64,000 nt of DNA from Myxococcota bacterium (GTDB taxonomy: Bacteria; Myxococcota_A; UBA796; SXON01). Position numbers and translations under genes: made by a program. Of the stretch, positions 46,192 through 55,501 are shown one piece after another. Location: assembly GCA_040386535.1 (NCBI GenBank), contig JAZKFH010000015.1:188800-252799 (forward strand), in the 5' to 3' direction. The notes below the pieces were generated by a model, which had not been told where the DNA came from, did not search any database, and saw nothing but the letters and a program-made list of their open reading frames with translations. Position 1 is the first letter of the stretch; every line of letters starts with the position of its first letter.

Positions 46192-47094
46192 TTAGAAGTT
46201 GAACATCCGCGGCTTCATCCGCGGAATGAAGATGCTGACGCCGGCGGTCGTGAGGAACGTGTTGTACAGACGCGTCTCCAGCTCGGCGGGCTCGCCATTG
46301 GGGAGCTTGTTCCCGTAGTCCGGCTCATCCGCGATGTAGAAGGCGCCGCGCGCGTCGATCTTCAGCGCGATGGACTGCGTGAGGAAGAAGTTCAGGCCGA
46401 TCCCGAGGTTCAAAGCGGGGTACGCCTCGGTCTTCGGGCTGGTGGTCGGGATCGCCGGATCGGCGCCCTCCACGCCGGCCGCGTAGTCCGGGTTGATGCT
46501 CGCGAAGTCCTTCGTGACCAACAGGAGGCCGACACCGGCGGTGCCGTACACGTCGAAGTTGAGCACGCCTTCACCGATGAGGTTGATCTTGCCGTAGACC
46601 GGCGACCAACGCGCGGAGAAGATCGCCCCGAGCTGCAGCCGATCGAGCGGCTGGCGGAACGTCGTGTTCTCGTTCCCTTCGTACGCGATGCCGACGAGGG
46701 TCTGGGTGAGCCCCTTCATGCCGCCCGCGCCGGTGTTGGGCGCGTAGAGGAACGTGCCTTCGGCGGCGAAGCTGTCACTGAAGTGGTAGGCGGCGACGGC
46801 CCCGCCGTACACACTCGTGACGAACGCGTTGTTCGGGACGTAGCCGAGGACCGGCGCGATCTCGAACCGGTTCGCCTTCACGAAGAACTTGTTCTGGATG
46901 AGGCTCGTGGGGACTTTCTTGCCCTGGATCTCCTCCATCGCCTGTTCGGCGGGGTGGTCGGCGGCGACAGCTTCAGGCACGGCGGCCATGAGCCCCACGA
47001 GACCGAGGATGATCGACAGCTTGGAACACAGCTGTGAGTACAGCTGTGAGGACAGCTTGTGTCGTGTCGGGCGGGGGACCGGCAACGTGGTCAT
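46192..47094 (-). CDS. Outer-membrane beta-barrel, GltA/GltB family (gltB by position)
   Basis: IQNKFFVKANRFE, WSPVYGKINL, FDVY; paralogous to the downstream gene. Confidence 0.82.
   Translation of the reverse strand: MTTLPVPRPTRHKLSSQLYSQLCSKLSIILGLVGLMAAVPEAVAADHPAEQAMEEIQGKKVPTSLIQNKFFVKANRFEIAPVLGYVPNNAFVTSVYGGAVAAYHFSDSFAAEGTFLYAPNTGAGGMKGLTQTLVGIAYEGNENTTFRQPLDRLQLGAIFSARWSPVYGKINLIGEGVLNFDVYGTAGVGLLLVTKDFASINPDYAAGVEGADPAIPTTSPKTEAYPALNLGIGLNFFLTQSIALKIDARGAFYIADEPDYGNKLPNGEPAELETRLYNTFLTTAGVSIFIPRMKPRMFNF
47016..47063. repeat. Four 12-bp degenerate tandem repeats, each beginning ACAGCT
   Basis: ACAGCTTGGAAC ACAGCTGTGAGT ACAGCTGTGAGG ACAGCTTGTGTC at 47016, 47028, 47040 and 47052. Confidence 0.85.
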
Positions 47095-47323
47095 TCAGGC
47101 TTCTCCGATGCTCCAGCAACGTGCTTAGGAGGGCAGGCACCCTCGCGGCCCGGGACTGTAGCACGGTTCCTGCGGTCGGGTAGTAGAAGGTCACGCGAGG
47201 CCACGTGTGGCTGTTCGTCGCCCTCGTCGGCATCGTGTCCGAGGGGCCCGCAGCGGCTGAGCGGGCCGCTCCGGGACCATCTGTCGGCCGTCGGGGGACG
47301 GTCTCTCGACCGCCCGGCGCCGC

Positions 47324-48190
47324 TCAGCGGAAGCGGACCGCGAGGGACGACCATGCCATTCCGCCGCGTCGGTCGCGCACCACCACCCAGAGCGTCGCGT
47401 CGGCGGCGCCGTCCGCGGGTGGGTAGTAGATCGCGTCGAAATGTGGCCAGAGATCGTTGGTCTGATCGAACTCGCCGGCCTCGGCGTACCACGTCAGGTA
47501 CGGCTCTTCGGTGCGGGTCTCCTCCACGCCGTCCTGGTTCACGAACGGGTAGGTCTCCACCGCCCCTTCGGGCAGCGACACGGCGAGTGTGTAGGGCTGG
47601 CCGCGGTCGACGGAAGCCACCGTTCCTTCCTGGATCTCCACGCCGTCCACCGAGATCGCCGCGATCGATGGGTTGTGGTTGGGGGCGAGGGACTCGCTGA
47701 CCGGAACGCGCTTGTAGGCCAGCTCGAGGTCGCTCTCGTCGAGCTCCTCTCCCTCGGGGATGGCTGTCACGTTCACGATCGCGGTGAGGCCCTCCACGCG
47801 GTCCTCGGCGGCGAGCGTGTCCAGCGCGTCGACCGGGACCTCCCAGACGGGCGGAAGGAACGGTTCGGCGCCGATGAATCCGGCGGCGTAGAGCGCCTCG
47901 AGATCGTCGGCCGAGATCTCTCCGCCCGTCTCCAGGCCCTCGAGCAGCGCCGGGTCGATGGCGCAGCCGAAGTCGTCGCCGCCCGAGAGGCAGGCGAACC
48001 ACACGGTGGAGGCCACCGGCACGACCGGCGACACCACGAGCGAGGTGAACGTGACGCGGTCTCCGGGGCGCGGCTCGGCGGGCTCGGCGGCGACAGCGAG
48101 CACCCGGAGGCGATCGATTTGCCAGCTCTCCGAGAGCTCGGTGGTCGTGCACCCCAATAGCGGCATCAGGAAGGCGAAGATCAGCGTCAA
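47324..48190 (-). CDS. TBDR-associated hypothetical lipoprotein
   Basis: TTG overlaps the TBDR stop, LLGC lipobox, RLRVLAVAAEPAE, WVVVRDRRGGMAW. Confidence 0.8.
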   Translation of the reverse strand: MTLIFAFLMPLLGCTTTELSESWQIDRLRVLAVAAEPAEPRPGDRVTFTSLVVSPVVPVASTVWFACLSGGDDFGCAIDPALLEGLETGGEISADDLEALYAAGFIGAEPFLPPVWEVPVDALDTLAAEDRVEGLTAIVNVTAIPEGEELDESDLELAYKRVPVSESLAPNHNPSIAAISVDGVEIQEGTVASVDRGQPYTLAVSLPEGAVETYPFVNQDGVEETRTEEPYLTWYAEAGEFDQTNDLWPHFDAIYYPPADGAADATLWVVVRDRRGGMAWSSLAVRFR

Positions 48191-50838
48191 AACTGGAACC
48201 TCGCCTCGAAGCCGGGGCTGGGGATGAAGGGGAGGCCTTGGATGTAGGTCTTCTCGGTGTAGTCGTAATTGTACAGTTCGAACTCCGGATTTGTCCCGTG
48301 GAGGACGTTCAGGAGGTCGACGTAGAGGCTCAACTGCCAATGGCGGAAGGTGAACAGCTTGTCAATTCGGCCGCTGACCGCCCAATACGGGGGGAGGCGC
48401 TCGGAGTTCTCGGCGCCCGTGGCAAACGCCTGGTAGCTGTCCTGGTCGATGTCGTAGACGCCCAGGGAATAGGGCGTGGTCGTGTTCCCGGTGACGTACT
48501 CGGCCTTGGCCGAGACCTCGATGTCCCAGGGCAGCTTGTACCCGGCGGTGCCGATGAGGATGTGGGTCTGGTCGTAGTCGAAGAGGTACCAGTCCTCGTC
48601 GGGCTGGTCGCGGCGCTCGGAGCGGGACAACGTGTAGGAGATCCAGCCGAAGAACCTGTCGATCGGCGCGTGACGCAACAGGACCTCGAGGCCATAGGCC
48701 CGGCCGCGCCCGCCGTTGACGAAGAACTGGTCGTCCAGAGACTCGAAGTCGGGGTTGCCGACGACGAGGTTGTCCATCGCCTTGTAGAAGACCTCGGCGT
48801 CGACCTGGATGGCCTGGCTGATGTCCTGCTCCCAGCCGAGCGATCCGGAGAGCGAGCGTTCGAACTGGAGATCGACGGGCTTGTCGTCCGCGCGGTAGCT
48901 CTGGAACGGCTGTGGCGGCTGGTGGTAGATGCCGACCGAGCCCTTGACGCGCCCGCCGGGGAACACGGAGAAGCGCCCGGAGAAGCGCGGGTCGAGCGCG
49001 AAGATGTCGTACTCGCCCGGGATGCTCAGGAAGTTGAAGCGGATGCCCGGCGTGAGCAGGAGGCGCTCGGTGTCGGCGAGGGGGCGCAGCTCGGCGAGCA
49101 GGTACAGGTCGGGCCCCCACCCGGGCTGCACGTCCTCGACGATGTACGGCTCGCGCTCGGCGAGGGGGTCGGTCTCCGCGAACTGGGCGGGGTCGAACGG
49201 CAGCTCGATCGAGAACGGCGCGATGCCGCCGATGAAGTCGATGCCCGGCACGATCTTCACGTGCTCGTTGGGCGTCCACGGGAGCTCCGCGCGGATCTCG
49301 GCGAGCCATTGGCTCTGCTCGAGCTTCCACGCGTTCCCGAGGCTGAACTTGGCGTAGTCGTTGCCGAATGACGGGATGAAGTGGAACGCGAGCGTGTCGG
49401 AGAAGGTGTGTTCCCACCGCGCGAGGATGCGGTGCGTGGAGTAGGTCGTGCCGAGATCGCCCTGGCCGTCCTGGTCCGTGCTCTGCGCGAAGCCCGGCGG
49501 AGTCGACACGATCAGCACGTCCTGGAAGCCGAAGAGGAGGAGCGAGAACTCGTTCGGGCCGTCCCCCTGCCACTGGTACTTGGCCTGGTAGTCCCACCAC
49601 TGGGGCCGCGCGATGAAGCCCTCGTCGAGAAACAGCGGCAGGATGGCGTCGACGTAGGAGCGGCGCGCGGCCACGCCGAAGCCGTGCTGCTTCTTCTTGC
49701 CGACGGTGCCAGTCACGAGCGCGCCGGAGTCGAGCAGATCGGTGGACCACGTGACGCGGGTGCGCTCGGGGAACTCGGTGGTGGTGCGCACATCGACCAC
49801 ACCGCCGGTGCTGCGTCCGTAGCGGGGGCCGAAGCCGCCCGGGAGGTAGTCGACGGCGCCCACGAGGTCGGGGTTCAGGACCGATTCGAACCCTCCGATG
49901 TGGTAGACGTAGGGGATCCGGATGCCGTCGACGTAGACGCCGGAATCTTCAGGGTTCGACCCGCGGATGACCAGGAACCCGGTCCCGAACGGCGTGCGCG
50001 CGGCGCCCGGGAGCGTCTGGACCACGCGGATGGGATCCCCGAACGTGCCCGGGACGCGCCGGATCTCCTCCATGGAGATGGTGCGCTTGCTGACCTCGGC
50101 GCTCGGCTGGCGGTAGACGCCGATGACGCCGGCGTTGTTGTACGACTTGTTGCGGATCCAGAGCTTGACCGTCGTGAGCTCGGTCAGGCTCACCTGCACC
50201 GGCTGCTCGAGCGTGTCGTAGCCGGGGTGCACCACGCGGAGGGTGACCGCGCCGCCGGGCACGCCGCGGAAGGTGTAGCGCCCCTCCGCGTCGGTGGTGG
50301 CCTCGACCCCCGCGGGCTCGATGCGCACGACGATCCCCGCGAGGGGGCGGCGCGTGCCCATCTCGACGAGCATGCCGTCGAGGTTCACCGGGAGCTCCGC
50401 GACCTCGGTCGGCTGGGCCTCGGGGACGGCGCCCTCCTGCGAGGCGGCGTCGAGCACGAAGCCGTATTCGAACTCGACCACGACGGGGACGGGGCCGGTC
50501 GCGTCCTCTGCGGGGGAGAACCGGAACTGGCGCGCGGCCTCGACCGCCGCGGCCTCGAGCCCCACGTCGGTGCCGGTGCCGCGGAGGACATCCACGTTGG
50601 TGACCGCGCCCGCCTCGTCGATCTCGATCGCGAGGAGCACCTTCCCCTCGACCTGCGCCGCGCGCGCCGCCTCCGGGTAGGGCGCCTCGACGAACGCGAC
50701 GAGCGCGGGCTCCTTGACGAGCGGGGGCAGCTCCTCGGGGAGGGCGTCGGGAGGAAGCTCCGGCGGGACCGTAGAAGACCCCGGATCGGCCGCGTGCGCC
50801 ATCCCGACGAGGGCGAGAGCGAGGAGGAGCGGCGCCAT
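48187..50838 (-). CDS. TonB-dependent receptor with N-terminal TonB-C-like and carboxypeptidase-regulatory-like domains
   Basis: YPEAARAAQVEGKVLL...FSPA, plug region PGTFGDPIRVVQTLPG, PGGFGPRYGRSTGGVVD, terminal ARFQF. Confidence 0.9.
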   Translation of the reverse strand: MAPLLLALALVGMAHAADPGSSTVPPELPPDALPEELPPLVKEPALVAFVEAPYPEAARAAQVEGKVLLAIEIDEAGAVTNVDVLRGTGTDVGLEAAAVEAARQFRFSPAEDATGPVPVVVEFEYGFVLDAASQEGAVPEAQPTEVAELPVNLDGMLVEMGTRRPLAGIVVRIEPAGVEATTDAEGRYTFRGVPGGAVTLRVVHPGYDTLEQPVQVSLTELTTVKLWIRNKSYNNAGVIGVYRQPSAEVSKRTISMEEIRRVPGTFGDPIRVVQTLPGAARTPFGTGFLVIRGSNPEDSGVYVDGIRIPYVYHIGGFESVLNPDLVGAVDYLPGGFGPRYGRSTGGVVDVRTTTEFPERTRVTWSTDLLDSGALVTGTVGKKKQHGFGVAARRSYVDAILPLFLDEGFIARPQWWDYQAKYQWQGDGPNEFSLLLFGFQDVLIVSTPPGFAQSTDQDGQGDLGTTYSTHRILARWEHTFSDTLAFHFIPSFGNDYAKFSLGNAWKLEQSQWLAEIRAELPWTPNEHVKIVPGIDFIGGIAPFSIELPFDPAQFAETDPLAEREPYIVEDVQPGWGPDLYLLAELRPLADTERLLLTPGIRFNFLSIPGEYDIFALDPRFSGRFSVFPGGRVKGSVGIYHQPPQPFQSYRADDKPVDLQFERSLSGSLGWEQDISQAIQVDAEVFYKAMDNLVVGNPDFESLDDQFFVNGGRGRAYGLEVLLRHAPIDRFFGWISYTLSRSERRDQPDEDWYLFDYDQTHILIGTAGYKLPWDIEVSAKAEYVTGNTTTPYSLGVYDIDQDSYQAFATGAENSERLPPYWAVSGRIDKLFTFRHWQLSLYVDLLNVLHGTNPEFELYNYDYTEKTYIQGLPFIPSPGFEARFQF

Positions 50839-51587
50839 CAGATCTCGTTGACCGCGCAGCTCTCGGGTACGCCGAGCACGGCGACGGGGGTGCCGTCCTG
50901 CTCGGCCGGCTTCCACTGGGATTTGCGGTACGCGGCGACACACGCCTCGTCGACCCCGAAGCCGAGCCCCTGGGTGACGTGGACCCGCGTGACCTTGCCC
51001 TTGGCGTCGAGGTCGAGGAGGACCTTGACCATGCCCTTGACGTTGGCCTTGCGCGCCTCGTCCGGCACGTCCATCATCGGGCTCCATTGGAGCCGCGGGG
51101 CCTTGGTGACGGCGGTGTAGGGGCGCGCCTCGAACGGGCCCGAGGCCTCGTTCAGGTTCATCGAGTCCTTGCCGGCGGCGACGCCCGTCGAGTTCCCCGC
51201 GCGCACGGACAGGCCGGTGCTCGCGCCGGGCGCGAAGGAGTTGGCGGTGAGGCCCTGGACCTGGCGGACCACGCGCCGCGCCGGCTCGGGCGGCGGAGCC
51301 GAGTTGGGAGGCGGCGGCGTCGGGGTGGTGTCCTCGAACTTGACCACCTTTGGCACCGGCTTCGGCTTGGGCGGCTCGGGCTCGACCTTGGGCTCCGGCG
51401 GCTTGGGCGGCGGGGGCTTCGGCTCGTTCAGGGCCACCTCGACCCACTCGGAGGCCTTCTTCGCAGCCGCCGGATTGGAGAGGAGGAAGAGCGCCGCGAG
51501 CACGTGGACGCCGATGGACCCCCCGATCGCCGACGTCCGGAGCGCGCGCTGCCAGCCGGGCACGGGACGATAGGGGGAGAGGCTCAT
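50838..51587 (-). CDS. tonB: Energy transducer TonB
   Basis: S..H TM motif (SIGVHVL), Pro/Lys-rich linker, PDEARKANVKG..V, WKPA. Confidence 0.88.
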   Translation of the reverse strand: MSLSPYRPVPGWQRALRTSAIGGSIGVHVLAALFLLSNPAAAKKASEWVEVALNEPKPPPPKPPEPKVEPEPPKPKPVPKVVKFEDTTPTPPPPNSAPPPEPARRVVRQVQGLTANSFAPGASTGLSVRAGNSTGVAAGKDSMNLNEASGPFEARPYTAVTKAPRLQWSPMMDVPDEARKANVKGMVKVLLDLDAKGKVTRVHVTQGLGFGVDEACVAAYRKSQWKPAEQDGTPVAVLGVPESCAVNEI

Positions 51588-52027
51588 GGGGCGACGGCCG
51601 CGGCGGCGGCGCCGGGCATCGCCAGCGGGTCGATGTTGATCGCGAACTTGGCGACGCCCTCCTGCTTCACCAGGTCGATGACGTGTGTCACGTCGCCGTG
51701 GCGGGACTCCTTGTCGCCCGCGATCAGGCAGACGACGTCGGGGCTGGCGGCCTTCGCGGCGCGGACGGCCGCACGCAGCGCGTCCTCGGTGACGGGGGCG
51801 CCGTCGAGGTACAAGGCGCCGTCGGCCGCGACGGTGATGCCGAGCGAGGAGGGCTCCACGTTCTCGCCCGTGGCGGCCTCGGGGAGGTTGACCTTGATGC
51901 TGGGCGACACGATGTAGGTCGCGGTCACCATGAAGATGATCAGCACGACCAGCACGATGTCGACGAGCGGCACGATGTTGATCTCGGTCATCGGCTCGTC
52001 GCTGCCGCCGCCGAGCTTGCCGGCCAC
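51584..52027 (-). CDS. exbD: ExbD/TolR family protein
   Basis: EINIVPLVDIVLVVLIIFMVTA, VNLP. Confidence 0.92.
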   Translation of the reverse strand: MAGKLGGGSDEPMTEINIVPLVDIVLVVLIIFMVTATYIVSPSIKVNLPEAATGENVEPSSLGITVAADGALYLDGAPVTEDALRAAVRAAKAASPDVVCLIAGDKESRHGDVTHVIDLVKQEGVAKFAINIDPLAMPGAAAAAVAP

Positions 52028-52656
52028 TACGCCGCCTCGTCGGCCCGGAGGCGCGACAGGACCAGGGAGCCGAGGCTCTCCATGCGGCCCGTGGACTCGC
52101 GGACGCGCCGGCTGAAGTAGTTGTAGAGCACGACCGCGGGGATCGCGACGACGAGGCCCACCGCGGTGGCGACCAGCGCCTCGCTGATGCCGGCCATGAC
52201 GGCCCCGGCGCTCTCTTCGGTGGAGAGCGCGAGGTCGTTGAAGGCCTTGATGATGCCGAGCACGGTGCCGAAGAGCCCGATGAACGGGGCGTTCGAGGCG
52301 ACGGTGCCGATGATGATGAGGAAGCGCTCGAGGCGGAGCTTCTCGAAGGTGAGCGTGCCCACCATCGCGTCCTCGGCGGCGTCGGGCGCCTTCTTCGCGG
52401 CGGTGAGGGCCGCGAGCAGGACCCGGGGCTCGAGGCCGCGCATCCCGGTCAGCCGCTTCTCCAGCTCATCCCGGGAGCCGCCACCGAGGAACCCGCCGAT
52501 CGCGGCCTCGAACGGACCGCGCGGCGCGGTGTTGAGCGTCATGTAGATGACCCGCTCGATCGCGACCGTCAGGACGATCACGCTCAGCCCGACGAGGAGC
52601 CACAACACCCAGGCCGCGCCGTAGAGGGCCAACTGCAGCATCTTCTGTTCGAGCAT
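52027..52656 (-). CDS. exbB: ExbB/TolQ/MotA family proton channel
   Basis: APFIGLFGTVLGII.AF, GISEALVATAVGLVVAIPA. Confidence 0.92.
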   Translation of the reverse strand: MLEQKMLQLALYGAAWVLWLLVGLSVIVLTVAIERVIYMTLNTAPRGPFEAAIGGFLGGGSRDELEKRLTGMRGLEPRVLLAALTAAKKAPDAAEDAMVGTLTFEKLRLERFLIIIGTVASNAPFIGLFGTVLGIIKAFNDLALSTEESAGAVMAGISEALVATAVGLVVAIPAVVLYNYFSRRVRESTGRMESLGSLVLSRLRADEAA

Positions 52657-52699
52657 CCGCCGGCAACTCCGAGGCCGAAGCCCATAACCCGAACCCGTC

Positions 52700-53170
52700 T
52701 CATTCCGCTGGAGAGACTGGGGGCCGGGCGTCACATGCGAGGCGAAACGGCCTTTCCTGGCAGGCGAGGGCGTCGGGGCGGACGATGACCTCGTTCGCTG
52801 CGGCGATGAACGCGGCGGGGGTCGCGGGGGTGAGCGGCGGGGTCAACGGGCAACCGCAGCCGTCATAGAACTGGACCGTGCCGACGGGCTGGGCGTCGGG
52901 CCCGGCGGGCTCGGCGCGGAAGAGCGGGTGGAACCGGTCGTTGAGGAACGTGGTCACGTCGACGTCGGCCACGAGGCGATCGATCGCGCCGCCAGGACGA
53001 TCGACGACGAGCACGACCGGCCCGTGGACGGGCGCGTCCACTGCGCGCCACTCGACCCACGGCGCCGTGGAGCCGGTGGGGGAGGGGATCGCCGCCGGGG
53101 AGGGCGGGTCCTTGCACGCGCTGATGAGGAGCGCCCCCAGGCCGATCATCGGCGCGAAGGGGGAGGACAT
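52700..53170 (-). CDS. Hypothetical lipoprotein, possibly a degenerate thioredoxin-like fold
   Basis: ISAC lipobox; the WVEW...PVVLVV...FLNDRF pattern recalls DUF255-like domains. Its 3' end may overlap the exbB upstream region. Confidence 0.5.
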   Translation of the reverse strand: MSSPFAPMIGLGALLISACKDPPSPAAIPSPTGSTAPWVEWRAVDAPVHGPVVLVVDRPGGAIDRLVADVDVTTFLNDRFHPLFRAEPAGPDAQPVGTVQFYDGCGCPLTPPLTPATPAAFIAAANEVIVRPDALACQERPFRLACDARPPVSPAE

Positions 53171-53189
53171 CAGGTAGAAGCGGAAGAGT

Positions 53190-53264
53190 TGGAGGCGACG
53201 GCCGGATTCGAACCGGCGTATAATGGTTTTGCAAACCATTGCCTGACCACTTGGCTACGTCGCC
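53190..53264 (-). tRNA. tRNA-Cys(GCA)
   Basis: GGCGACG acceptor stem, D-loop AAGTGGTCA, anticodon arm ATGGT-TTGCAAA-ACCAT, GGTTCGAATCC, encoded CCA. Confidence 0.97.
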
Positions 53265-53275
53265 GCTGTGCCGGA

Positions 53276-53304
53276 CTACTATTGGGCGGACGCATTCCGG
53301 TCAA
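53276..53304 (-). promoter_or_regulatory. Candidate sigma70 promoter of tRNA-Cys (TTGACC-17 nt-TAGTAG)
   Basis: The -35 overlaps the pbpC stop codon, and the -10 ends 11 nt before the tRNA 5' end. Confidence 0.55.
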
Positions 53305-55499
53305 GGGCCGCCACCGACCCAGACGCGCACAGGGGCGCTCCTCACCCCGTCGACCGTGACCGTCACGCGGTGATCGCCAGGTTCGGGCACCCATCGCGCC
53401 GAGAAGGGCGGGGGGGCGGTGGCGATGGACGCGCCGTCGACCTCCCAGACGGCCAGGGCCCCGGCAGGGGCCTCCGCGACCAGCGGGATGGCCTGATCGG
53501 CGGCGGGGCGCGTGGGGTCGAGCCAGTAGGTGGCCCCGTTCGACGGGGCGGCGACGGCGACGGGGCCGGCATCGGGGCGCACGCGTACGCCGGCACGGCT
53601 CGCCCACGCCGAGAGCGACGAGGGGACGACTACGCCGTCGGGACCGTGCCAATCGCACGCGAGCGATGCGCTGGCCTTGGGGAGCCACTCGTCCCGGGTG
53701 TCGGGGCATGACAGACCGCGGGCCATGCCGGAGAGCGGGCAGATCGCGTGTTGCGTGAGGGACGGGGCGGGCGTGAACGGTGTGGTGGGGCGGGCCTCCA
53801 TCGCCGCGGCCATCACCCGCTCGAGGATGGGGCCGGCCCCGGTGACCCCGCTGATGTCGACCATCGGGCTGCCGTCGAAGTTGCCGACCCACACGGCCAC
53901 GGTGATCGCGGGCGTGACGCCGATCGCCCAGTTGTCACGCCACCCCGTGCTCGTGCCGGTCTTCGCGGCCATCGGGAAGGGCGGCTCCAGGACGGAGTCG
54001 CGGCCGAAGGCGGGGGCGCGCGCGTCCGCGTCGTCCAGCGCGTCTGCCAGGAGGAAGGCGGAGGCGGGGGTGAGGACCTGGCGCGGCGCGGCGCGCGGCG
54101 CGTCGAGCGTGTAGCGGAGCGGGCGCCAACGCCCGTCGGAGGCGAGGGTTGCGTACGCGGCGGCGAGCTCGTCGAGGCGCACCTCGCCGCCGCCGAGCGC
54201 CAGCGAGAGCCCGTAGTGCGCGGGGCGCTCCGGGAGCGTCGTGAAGCCGAGGCGCACGAGGCGCTGATGGAGGTCCGCCACGCCGACGCGCTCGGCGAGC
54301 CGAACGGCGGGGACGTTCAGGCTGCGGGCGAGGGCGGCACGGAGGGTCACGGGCCCGGCACTGCCGCGATCGTAGTTCTCCGGATGCCAGCTGCCGTGCG
54401 TGGTGGACCAGGTGCCGGGCGTGTCCGCGACGACATCCGCGAGGGTCGCGCCCTCTTCGAGGGCGAGGCCGTAGAGGAACGGCTTGAGCGCGCTGCCCGG
54501 GCTCCGGGGCGCCTGTACGCCGTCCACCTGCCCGTCGGCGGCGCGCCAGTCTCCAGAGCCCACGTACGCGAGCACCTCGCGGGTGGGGTTGTGCACGACG
54601 AGCACGGCGGCGTGGTGCGCGCGCTTGGGCGCGAGGTCGGCGAGCACGTCGCGCACGGCAGCCTCGGCTTCGTGCTGGAGCCCGAGATCGATCGTTGTGC
54701 GGATGCGGGGCACCGGCTTCGCCGCCGTGGCCGCGTAGACCCGGCGAACGAGGTGCGGCGCCTCGCCCACGGCGGGCGGCGGCGTGAGCGTCAGCGGTTC
54801 GGCCACGGCCTCGGCGACACGGGCCGCGTCGGCGAGGCCGTGGCTCGCCATTCGACGCAGGACGCCGTCCCGTGCGGCCCTTGCCCGCAGGGGGAACCGC
54901 AGCGGGTCGAGATCCGCCGGGCGGCGTGGGATCGCCGCGAGGGTGGCGGCCTGCGCGAGGGAGAGCGCGTGCGGCGGCCGGTCGAAGTAGAGGCGAGACG
55001 CGGCGTCGGCGCCGATGGCGGCGTTGCCGTAGTAGACGCGGGAGAGGTACTCCGCGAGCAGGCGGTCCTTGTTGTGCCAGGCCTCCAGGCGCACGGCGAG
55101 GAGGGCCTCGCCCGCCTTGCCCGCGAAGCCGGGCCCCCGGGGGACGAGGTTCCGGGCGAGCTGCTGCGTGATGGTCGAGCCGCCCTCCACCACCTGGCCG
55201 GCGCGGGCGTTGTTCCATGCGGCGCGGGCGACGCCGATCGGATCCACCCCGAGGTGCCACCGGTACCGGTGGTCCTCCGCGGCGAGCGTGGCGGCCACGA
55301 GGTCATCCCCGAAGCCGGCAAGAGCGAGCGGCTGGCCCGGCGCGCGTTCGGGCGCGGCCCGGTAGACGAGCCGCACGCCGTCTCGGTCGAGCACGTCGGT
55401 CCCGCCGACCGGCACGAGCAGGTCGGCCGGCAGGGGGCGGAGCAGCGCTCCGAGCACGATGACGGCGGCGGCCGCGAGCAGGAGGCCGGACCGCCGCAC
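53301..55499 (-). CDS. pbpC: Penicillin-binding protein 1C
   Basis: AEDHR, GGSTITQQLARN, SALK (SxxK), SLN, KTGT, C-terminal PBP1C domain; follows the A2M gene. Confidence 0.93.
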   Translation of the reverse strand: MRRSGLLLAAAAVIVLGALLRPLPADLLVPVGGTDVLDRDGVRLVYRAAPERAPGQPLALAGFGDDLVAATLAAEDHRYRWHLGVDPIGVARAAWNNARAGQVVEGGSTITQQLARNLVPRGPGFAGKAGEALLAVRLEAWHNKDRLLAEYLSRVYYGNAAIGADAASRLYFDRPPHALSLAQAATLAAIPRRPADLDPLRFPLRARAARDGVLRRMASHGLADAARVAEAVAEPLTLTPPPAVGEAPHLVRRVYAATAAKPVPRIRTTIDLGLQHEAEAAVRDVLADLAPKRAHHAAVLVVHNPTREVLAYVGSGDWRAADGQVDGVQAPRSPGSALKPFLYGLALEEGATLADVVADTPGTWSTTHGSWHPENYDRGSAGPVTLRAALARSLNVPAVRLAERVGVADLHQRLVRLGFTTLPERPAHYGLSLALGGGEVRLDELAAAYATLASDGRWRPLRYTLDAPRAAPRQVLTPASAFLLADALDDADARAPAFGRDSVLEPPFPMAAKTGTSTGWRDNWAIGVTPAITVAVWVGNFDGSPMVDISGVTGAGPILERVMAAAMEARPTTPFTPAPSLTQHAICPLSGMARGLSCPDTRDEWLPKASASLACDWHGPDGVVVPSSLSAWASRAGVRVRPDAGPVAVAAPSNGATYWLDPTRPAADQAIPLVAEAPAGALAVWEVDGASIATAPPPFSARWVPEPGDHRVTVTVDGVRSAPVRVWVGGGP

Positions 55500-55501
55500 G
55501 C

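Noticed and set aside
51584..52656. Naming these genes aglR/aglQ/aglS
   Set aside because: Only one ExbD-type gene is present and the pair is coupled to tonB and a TBDR, which fits ExbBD better.
53190..53264. tRNA-Cys as a genomic island integration site
   Set aside because: No integrase and no duplicated tRNA 3' end were seen in the window.
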